This document shows positions 1-6,822 of a stretch of 17,847 nt of DNA, piece by piece (positions within the stretch are counted from its first letter, which is position 1; every line of letters starts with the position of its first letter). Location: the NCBI GenBank assembly GCA_029856125.1, contig JAHQWJ010000127.1:1-17847 (forward strand). Reading direction: 5' to 3'. The position numbers were made by a program, and so were the translations under genes. The notes under the pieces are model-generated. The model searched no databases, had not been told where the DNA came from, and saw only the letters and a list, made by a program, of their open reading frames with translations. This DNA is from Promethearchaeia archaeon (GTDB lineage: Archaea; Asgardarchaeota; Lokiarchaeia; Sigyniarchaeales; SOKP01).

Positions 1-1290
1 CTGTTCTTCTTGATCGACCGTTTCTTTCTGTAAACGCATAAACATTGATGTTTCATGCGGTTTTAAGTAATATAGTAGCAGAGTACTCCCTAGGAAAATA
101 ATCATTAGTATAGAGATAATGTATTTATCTGCCATGAAAAACTGTCCAAGAGGAGTAATTAACTGATTTGGAACTTGTGTCTGTAAAGCATAACGAGTAA
201 GCGTTTGAGAAAGAACGCAACCTAAAATTAAAAGTATTAGACCGTCTCTTTTAAATATAAGAAGTTTCCATTCTAGAGAGCGTCCTAATTTTTTGATGAT
301 TCTATACAAGAAATAAATAGATACGGCGAATTCGATAATAAATATAAACCATACTGTAGAACTATTCGCACCTACAGTCGCTTTAAGGGCGGTTATAGTG
401 ACTGGATTTAAAATTAAGAACAACGATAACTGAAAGACCTGAAAAAAAAATATGAATAAAACTATTAAAGAAAAAGTGTAGTTATCAAACAATCCAGCTC
501 TCTTTGTCTCGGCTCTTCGTCGTGTAAATACGAATTCAAATATGATAAATAAGAGAGTTAAAATTAAACTAACATAAATTAAAGGCATTATTAAACGCAT
601 TTCTAGTTCGTAGACTCTTACTGCTTCACTGGGAGCATAAGGACCGAAAATCTCAAGTGAAATATATACTAACAGACTGCGATAAAACAGGGCTATTACA
701 ACTAATACTCCTAAAATGAAATAAGGAGCAATAAAAGCTAAAAAACGGCGAAATGAAGAATATTTAGTTATAAACTTAGCCTCTATTTTAGTTGCAAATT
801 TTCTAGAATACATGTAAAAGCGAACGCTTAGTAAAACAAGCCAGATTGTTGACAATCCTAATAGATAGCTTATAAGATTTGTGTTTATATTGTAGATATA
901 TAGGAAGAGAATGAAGAAGCTAGAAATAATTCCAACATATAAAATAATCTGCTTAATCGCTGTATGATTTTCAAAAAAGAATATTCTAATTTTATCAACG
1001 CTATATAATATAGATAATACGAGAAAGAAAGCTACCAATGCGTTTCCAAAAACAAATGGGTTTCCAAAGGTAAGAACATTCAAATAAGTACCTGGAAAAT
1101 TAATCCCAATTAAAACTAAAAATGAATAAATTAAAAAAATCGCATAAAGTCCAAAGAATTTCTTTTCTCCAAAATATGATTTTGGAGGGTCTTCTCCTTC
1201 TACATAAAGCTCTTGTATAAACAGTTTTCGAATGTTCTTTAGAAGAGAATTTTTTATCTTTGTTAGATTTTCTTTAGGATTCATTTTCAT
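1..1290 (-). CDS. Polytopic membrane protein of unknown function (~10 TM helices), C-terminus truncated by the window edge
   Basis: Manual translation from ATG at 1290 (MKMNPKENLTKIK...) is open for 430 codons to position 1. About 10 hydrophobic segments (e.g. FFGLYAIFLIYSFLVLIGINF, LIMPLIYVSLILTLLFIIFEFVF, YIISILMIIFLGSTLLLYYL) are followed by a charged stretch (QKETVDQEEQ). Absent from the ORF track because there is no stop in the window. Confidence 0.85.
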   Translation of the reverse strand, partial: MKMNPKENLTKIKNSLLKNIRKLFIQELYVEGEDPPKSYFGEKKFFGLYAIFLIYSFLVLIGINFPGTYLNVLTFGNPFVFGNALVAFFLVLSILYSVDKIRIFFFENHTAIKQIILYVGIISSFFILFLYIYNINTNLISYLLGLSTIWLVLLSVRFYMYSRKFATKIEAKFITKYSSFRRFLAFIAPYFILGVLVVIALFYRSLLVYISLEIFGPYAPSEAVRVYELEMRLIMPLIYVSLILTLLFIIFEFVFTRRRAETKRAGLFDNYTFSLIVLFIFFFQVFQLSLFLILNPVTITALKATVGANSSTVWFIFIIEFAVSIYFLYRIIKKLGRSLEWKLLIFKRDGLILLILGCVLSQTLTRYALQTQVPNQLITPLGQFFMADKYIISILMIIFLGSTLLLYYLKPHETSMFMRLQKETVDQEEQ

Positions 1291-1402
1291 CGAAAAAGCA
1301 AGTATAATGACTGAAAATATTTCTTTAGAATAAAAAAAATTATTATTTTTTTAAATGAATTAGTATAAATAAAACCAACCATAATGCAAATCAGTCATAG
1401 CT

Positions 1403-1414
1403 GAAAATTTAAAA
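1403..1414 (+). promoter_or_regulatory. Putative archaeal BRE-TATA (GAAAA-TTTAAAA) for a probably leaderless transcript of 1436..1738
   Basis: TTTAAAA is centred ~25 nt upstream of ATG 1436, preceded by a purine run, with no SD motif. The AT-rich background limits certainty. Confidence 0.4.
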
Positions 1415-1435
1415 GGCTTCAATTATAATATATTA

Positions 1436-1738
1436 ATGCAAATGGATAATCCACCAGATAAACCAGATAAAGAAACATTGATAAAACTGGTCAAACAAGG
1501 CATTGAAATGTTAGCAGATAGAAACATTTCTAGTATAGTGATCTTGTCCTCCTATAAGATAAATTCCGTGCTAAAAGATAATTACGGCGTAAATATTAAA
1601 GTCGACAGAATTGGTAGAATCCTCTCATCTGTAGCTAAAAATAATCAACTTAAGAAACTTTCTACTAATATTCCCAAATATCAGCTACAAATAGCGAAAG
1701 TCGGAAGACTTGAGTATCCCGAGTTATCGTCTTCGTAA
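1436..1738 (+). CDS. Small hypothetical protein, possible winged helix-turn-helix
   Basis: 100-aa ORF filling the gap between flanking genes. The pattern helix (SYKINSVLKDNYG), turn, helix (VDRIGRILSSVAK), short hairpin (KKLSTNIPKYQL) resembles a wHTH. Fold call is by eye. Confidence 0.6.
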   Translation: MQMDNPPDKPDKETLIKLVKQGIEMLADRNISSIVILSSYKINSVLKDNYGVNIKVDRIGRILSSVAKNNQLKKLSTNIPKYQLQIAKVGRLEYPELSSS

Positions 1739-1758
1739 AATACCTGCTTTAAACTTAT

Positions 1759-1773
1759 AAAAAAAAAAGAAAT
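1759..1773 (-). terminator. Oligo-T terminator downstream of the MPN gene pair
   Basis: The minus strand reads TAG-GATTTC-TTTTTTTTTT immediately after the stop at 1775, typical of archaeal intrinsic terminators. Confidence 0.5.
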
Positions 1774-1774
1774 C

Positions 1775-3160
1775 CTATTTGTTCTTAATATTTCGGAAAT
1801 CAGGAATTATTTTTTGTAATCTGTCAATTAACTTTTCAAGTTCTACAAAGTCTTCTTTACTATTATCTAATTCTGAAATCAGATTATCAAAGTTTGTAGT
1901 AATGCTAATTTCAAAGGGATGATTGATTGCACTTATTCCTTTTAAAATATCGATAGAGAGATTTTCTATCTGATTCGTTAAATTTGAGATTTGGTTTGCT
2001 GAGGAATCAATTTTTTCTCGCGTGTCTGTGTCTAATTTAGATAGTTCGTATTGTTTATTAATGGATTCATTGAGATTATCCTTTATAGATTTAGAGAATT
2101 CACCGATACTATGTTCTAAAGATTCACTAATTTCACTTTTTAATAGTTCGCTGATCTCGTGGGTATTCGATTTTAATTCTTCTTGCCCTTCAAGACGTTT
2201 TTTTACGTATCCCTCAACCTTTTCTTTGTATTCCTCTAACCTTTCTTGAAATTTTAAGTCAATCCATTTTTCTACTTTCTCGAAGCCCATATTAATTGCG
2301 CCAATCATTTCTGATAGAGAATCATTTATTTTAGAAAGTCCTATTAAAGTTCCATCATTAAATTCCGTTGACCACATTTCTAATTCGGATTGATAATTAT
2401 TTAAGACTAAGCTAGATAAATTCTGTAATCCCTTTTTAAAACCATCTATAACTGGATTAATGTTAGGGTAATTTATGTCGATTTTCGTATCAGCTTGATC
2501 GATTGACATCGGAATTTCTTGAAGATCGCCTGGAATTCCTTCAATTGTCTCTAATTTCTCACGTATTATACTTGGATCCTTCGCCTGACCATATTCAACA
2601 AGCTCTCGAACCCATCTGAAGAATTCTAGGGATTTTGGCGGCTCAACTTCGTATTTCACTCTAACTATTCCGCTTTTTTCGCCTAATTTGTGATTTTTTA
2701 ATTGATATACTTCTAATCCTAATTGATCGGCTTTTTTAAGTTTAGTGTGATCAAATACAATTCCAAATGCTAAGGGGTTTTGTTCATTTTGAAAATATAA
2801 ATGGTTTTTTTTATCAACATCTGAAAAGAAAAATGAATCACTATTAGGGTGAGAATGATACCAACCTACAACAGTAATATTTTCATCTTTAACTTCTTCT
2901 TCTATCTGTTCAAGTGCTTTATGAATCTTTTCTGAAAATCCTAATTCTACTTGATCACCGTGTGTAATAGGAATAGCTTTGATCACGTCAATATCATCGC
3001 TGTCAGGTTTTTTATTGCCCAAACAAAACCCTAAAACCTGTTCATTGTCAAAAGGAATATTTGCAAATCTTAATGCATGAGTAAGAATGTCTTTATACAC
3101 ACTCATTCGTATAAACACTTTACCGTTTTCTCTGGTTTCAATTGCGCTCTCATTCATCAC
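1775..3160 (-). CDS. MPN/JAB (Mov34) domain protein with long C-terminal helical/coiled-coil region; catalytic Glu position appears to be Gln (MPN-B)
   Basis: VVGWYHSHPNSDSFFFSDVD (H102, H104, S113, D116). QVLGFCLG aligns with the EVMG-x-x-x-G strand of Rpn11/CSN5. The last ~230 aa are L/I/E/K/S-rich and helical. Start is GTG 3160 or ATG 3157, behind GGAGGT. Confidence 0.9.
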   Translation of the reverse strand: MMNESAIETRENGKVFIRMSVYKDILTHALRFANIPFDNEQVLGFCLGNKKPDSDDIDVIKAIPITHGDQVELGFSEKIHKALEQIEEEVKDENITVVGWYHSHPNSDSFFFSDVDKKNHLYFQNEQNPLAFGIVFDHTKLKKADQLGLEVYQLKNHKLGEKSGIVRVKYEVEPPKSLEFFRWVRELVEYGQAKDPSIIREKLETIEGIPGDLQEIPMSIDQADTKIDINYPNINPVIDGFKKGLQNLSSLVLNNYQSELEMWSTEFNDGTLIGLSKINDSLSEMIGAINMGFEKVEKWIDLKFQERLEEYKEKVEGYVKKRLEGQEELKSNTHEISELLKSEISESLEHSIGEFSKSIKDNLNESINKQYELSKLDTDTREKIDSSANQISNLTNQIENLSIDILKGISAINHPFEISITTNFDNLISELDNSKEDFVELEKLIDRLQKIIPDFRNIKNK

Positions 3161-4614
3161 TATTTATTACCTCCTTGTTCAAGTTCTTTGATTTTTAATA
3201 GTAATTCTTTTTTATCAGATTCCAATTTATCGATTTTTTCAAAGATGGGCGTTTTTGTACCTTCCAAAATTAATACCGCAGCTTTTAAGTTTGTTACAAA
3301 CTTTTGAGAATTCTTTTGTATATAACTAATTGAATTTTTCATTAAGCCATGCTTCTTCGAGGTAATATCTGAAGTTTCTTTTTGCATCTTTTTAATCTTT
3401 TCGAGTGTAGCGTCTTTTATCGAATTAATTTTATCCGATAAGGTATTTAACGAATTCTCTAATTTTTCAAGATTTTCGAGATTCTTAGTTAGATTTCCAT
3501 TGAGGTTCAGTATTTTATTGTTCCATTCGTCGTAATCTTTTGAGAAATCATTTTTCAGTGCTTCAAATTTCTCTTTAAATAAAATATTTAGTTTCTTCTG
3601 AACGAATTCTTCTATCTCTCCCAATATTTTTGCTATCTCATCATGATATTCATCAATTTGATCTAGAAAGTCGTCAACATAGCCTTCTGCGTTAAATAAT
3701 TCTGAATTTAAATCGTCTTTATATTTCCTCTGAATTTTATCAATTCCAACGTTCACTAAACTTTTTAATTGAATTAAGTTATCCCTGATTTCAACATTAT
3801 TATTCTCAATTTCTCCCGAAATGTTTTTTGCTATCGAATTTAAGTAGTTAATTAAGGGTGTTAAAGATAAATCTAAAAAATTAGCAAGGCCAACTTGAAC
3901 TGTTTCAACAATTTTATGTTGATCTATTTCAGGTTGTTTAAACCTTAATTGATTCAATTCTGGGACTTGAACATCACCAAAGATATCGGCTGTTTCATTT
4001 TCTTCTATAATAGGGGGCTCATTTGAATATACACCGTTAATCAGTTCTACAAGTTTAAAATAGTATTCTAGATCGTTAGGAGGCTCAACAATTGCCTTCA
4101 CATCGTGAACGCTCGAATCCCTAATATTTGTTGGGTCAGTTAACCTAATAGCTCTAAATCCCGGATCATCTGAACGTTCCAAATATGCGTGGTCAAAAAC
4201 TAATGCTATACCGCTTGGATTCAATTCATTTTGCCAACCGAATTGATTTTTTACATCTGTAGGCGAAAAGAAAATCTTGTGCTGGAAAAGATTAGGGTGA
4301 CTATGATACCACCCTACCATAAACCAGTTTTTTTCTAAATACATCGAATTAGCTTTTTCAAAGAAAATATAATCATTTATTGAAAATTCGACTTCTACAC
4401 TACTTCCGTGAGAGATAGGTACGGAATCTTCAATTATAACATTTTTAAATTTCTTATCTTCGCTCTCTTCGTGATGTCCAATGAGCACTCCCATCACTTC
4501 TATACACTGAGAATGAATTCTCGCCTTATTTCCAAAACGTAATACATGTAACACCATTTTATAATAAGCGAGTGGTTTAATCTTAACTACACTATTGTCT
4601 ACATCTTTTCCCAA
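3160..4614 (-). CDS. MPN+/JAMM metallo-isopeptidase-like protein with long C-terminal helical/coiled-coil region (MPN-A)
   Basis: VKIKPLAYYKMVLH...IEVMGVLIG (E39) and MVGWYHSHPNLFQHKIFFSPTD (H104, H106, S117, D120) resemble Rpn11/CSN5. TTG start is preceded by SD-like GAAGTGAT. The C-terminal ~250 aa are helical. Confidence 0.92.
   Translation of the reverse strand: MGKDVDNSVVKIKPLAYYKMVLHVLRFGNKARIHSQCIEVMGVLIGHHEESEDKKFKNVIIEDSVPISHGSSVEVEFSINDYIFFEKANSMYLEKNWFMVGWYHSHPNLFQHKIFFSPTDVKNQFGWQNELNPSGIALVFDHAYLERSDDPGFRAIRLTDPTNIRDSSVHDVKAIVEPPNDLEYYFKLVELINGVYSNEPPIIEENETADIFGDVQVPELNQLRFKQPEIDQHKIVETVQVGLANFLDLSLTPLINYLNSIAKNISGEIENNNVEIRDNLIQLKSLVNVGIDKIQRKYKDDLNSELFNAEGYVDDFLDQIDEYHDEIAKILGEIEEFVQKKLNILFKEKFEALKNDFSKDYDEWNNKILNLNGNLTKNLENLEKLENSLNTLSDKINSIKDATLEKIKKMQKETSDITSKKHGLMKNSISYIQKNSQKFVTNLKAAVLILEGTKTPIFEKIDKLESDKKELLLKIKELEQGGNK
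3169..3174 (-). promoter_or_regulatory. Shine-Dalgarno GGAGGT embedded in the last codons of MPN-A (translational coupling)
   Basis: The minus strand reads CAA GGA GGT AAT AAA TAG TG ATG. The TAG stop overlaps the GTG start by 1 nt. Confidence 0.75.
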
Positions 4615-4823
4615 TTTTTATCACTTCAGCTTTTTAACAATAATAATTTTGAACAGTTAATATAAATGTATAGTGAATGATAATTTAATCGTGTTTTTTA
4701 TTTATATCTTTTTTTAGATTCTTAATTTTTAAGACAATCTTAGTCAACACCTAATTAAAAATAAGAATACTACTTCTTTTTGTAAGAAATATTAAAAGGA
4801 AATAATAGAAGAAATGATTTAAT

Positions 4824-5498
4824 TTAATGGGGTAGCGGTTTCCCGCAGTAAGGACAGAATTTCCAGTCAAGATCCTTCCCGCAACTAGGGCAAAAAGAGG
4901 ATGCTCCAGCTTTAGGTTTATCAGGTGGAATCGGGCTCCCGCTCGTTCCTTTAGGGATTGAAGGTAAACTTCTTGCAGTTTTTAGCGTCGCTGGTTCTTG
5001 TTGGCTCCCTTGAGCTCCTTTTTCCTCCTTAATATACTTCATTCTCTCTTGAAATGCTTGGCGTTTTTCGTCTTCTAATTCTTGACTTGATTTCATACCC
5101 TCTTCTTTTACCCATCCTGTTGCTGCTGGTCTTTTTATTTCGCTTTCTGGAACTTTTTCTAATTCAACTTTTTTAGCTTCAGAAATCGGGGTTGCAGCTT
5201 TTTTTTCTTCTTTTCTAGTAATAGCCTGCTTAGTTAATGCATGAGTAGTCTTCATAATTTGGTGGGGGTTTATATTTGGGATTGCTACTGTTCTCAACAC
5301 CCATCCAACTATGAGATTTTGGTTAGGAAAACCAGAAGCGCTCATATCCTCATCTTTAAAAACATAGGAATCAATAACATCTTTACCTTTTAGTAAACGG
5401 ACAGCCCATTTACCGTTTATAAGCCCTAATTGAATTCTATACGAAGTTCCAGAAATTCCTAGTTGACTACTTAGAGGTTCAAATCCTTTTTCAGAAAT
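4824..5498 (-). CDS. Protein with N-terminal globular domain, low-complexity linker and C-terminal zinc ribbon; start probably upstream of the track's ATG 5345
   Basis: C-terminus FCPSCGKDLDWKFCPYCGKPL (two CxxC). The middle is E/K/P/A/S-rich. The frame stays open 55 codons upstream of ATG 5345, to 5510, with protein-like sequence. The ATT start at 5498 is inferred; the CDS itself is well supported. Confidence 0.75.
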   Translation of the reverse strand: MSEKGFEPLSSQLGISGTSYRIQLGLINGKWAVRLLKGKDVIDSYVFKDEDMSASGFPNQNLIVGWVLRTVAIPNINPHQIMKTTHALTKQAITRKEEKKAATPISEAKKVELEKVPESEIKRPAATGWVKEEGMKSSQELEDEKRQAFQERMKYIKEEKGAQGSQQEPATLKTARSLPSIPKGTSGSPIPPDKPKAGASSFCPSCGKDLDWKFCPYCGKPLPH

Positions 5499-5730
5499 AA
5501 TTACATCAGCTCAATTTATTATAAAGTCTAATTAATTGGAATCAAATCTTATTTGTTGAAATTATAATATTATCATAATTTTCGAGTTTAAATAACTTTT
5601 TATTTGGTTGAAAAAAAAAAGATTTTTTTGGGGTTTAATCACTTTCAATGAAAAATAAAATCTAAAAAAATAGACATAAATATGAGATCTTGTATAAGCT
5701 TATCAAAAAAGAAATCATACAATTAAAAAT

Positions 5731-6693
5731 ATGACTGTACTTATTCCCAAAAACGTTTATTTGACCATCGTTGCAGCATGTGTTAGGTATGCTAATAAAC
5801 GAATTGTTAAAGACGATTGGCTTGAGGTTTCTGGTATATTTATTGGAAGAAATGAAGGAAACGACGTATATATTACAAAATCATATCCAATAATGCATCA
5901 AAAACAACAAGAACAGCAAGAGAGCGTAATTGATCAATACAAGTGGTCTAAAGAAGATTATGAAGCTCTCTCTATTATTGATGACGAAGCCTTTTCAAAT
6001 GGTGAATTTACAGTAGGATGGTGGCATAGCCATCCTGGATTCAAGGTAATGATGTCCCATATTGATATCAAAACTACTCTGAGTTATCAAACTAATAATC
6101 CTCTCGCCGTTTCATTAGTATTTAATCCTGAAAGGTTAGTGAGACAAATTGAGCTTGCTGAAAAGAAAGGTGATCCGGTAAAACAACTTGAGGGCGATCC
6201 TGGATTTAAAATATTCAGACTAGATGACGTAAATAGAGGAATTCAAGCTTCTTATCACACTGCAGATTATATCATTAAAGGTTTTGATACTCCGGAACAA
6301 ATGGTAATGTTAACTCAGAAATTCTTAATTGATATTACTAACATGTTCCCAAAAGACAATTTATTTGAAACTTATGAAAAGTTCGTAAATAACAAAATTA
6401 ATGAGTTGAATTCACTTTTACAAGGTGTAGATGAATATCTATCTACTTTAACTCGAAAGGGAGAATCCCATAGAATACATGAAGTCCTTACTAATCAAAC
6501 TAGAGATATTAGAAAATTTATAGCTGAATCTTTCATTAAAATTGAGAATATTAGACAATTCATGAACTATCTAGAATACAAAGAAAGATCTACCATTGTT
6601 CCTAAAGTTGAAATAATTTTGGCTGAGTGGGACAGCACTGTTTCTCAATTAAACGCAAAACTCACAGCAATTACCAAAAAATATGCATTTTGA
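5731..6693 (+). CDS. MPN+/JAMM metallo-isopeptidase-like protein with shorter helical C-terminus (MPN-C)
   Basis: LEVSGIFIG (E32) and TVGWWHSHPGFKVMMSHID give a canonical E...H-x-H-x7-S-x2-D (H99, H101, S109, D112). About 130 aa of helical tail follow. Confidence 0.92.
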   Translation: MTVLIPKNVYLTIVAACVRYANKRIVKDDWLEVSGIFIGRNEGNDVYITKSYPIMHQKQQEQQESVIDQYKWSKEDYEALSIIDDEAFSNGEFTVGWWHSHPGFKVMMSHIDIKTTLSYQTNNPLAVSLVFNPERLVRQIELAEKKGDPVKQLEGDPGFKIFRLDDVNRGIQASYHTADYIIKGFDTPEQMVMLTQKFLIDITNMFPKDNLFETYEKFVNNKINELNSLLQGVDEYLSTLTRKGESHRIHEVLTNQTRDIRKFIAESFIKIENIRQFMNYLEYKERSTIVPKVEIILAEWDSTVSQLNAKLTAITKKYAF

Positions 6694-6822
6694 TTTACAT
6701 CCAATTTCTATATTTTCTTAAATTTTGCTATTCCTATTAATAATCTATTGTTTAAAGGGAAAATCTTTATTTTAATTATTCCCTTTTCTACTTTATAAAT
6801 TAAATAGCTAGATTCGATTATC

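Noticed and set aside
2022-2249. 75-aa + strand ORF
   Set aside because: Antisense shadow of MPN-B; Ser/Leu/Phe-rich sequence mirrors Glu/Lys codons on the coding strand.
3077-3307. 76-aa + strand ORF
   Set aside because: Antisense to the MPN-A/B junction, with no motifs.
5611-5703. Poly-A/poly-T inverted run and ATAAGCTTAT palindrome (5694-5703) upstream of MPN-C
   Set aside because: Expected by chance in very AT-rich intergenic DNA; no second copy was seen in the window.
3160-6693. Naming MPN-A or MPN-C as rpn11 or csn5 orthologues
   Set aside because: Motif similarity alone cannot establish orthology; the tails differ and no PCI subunits are visible.
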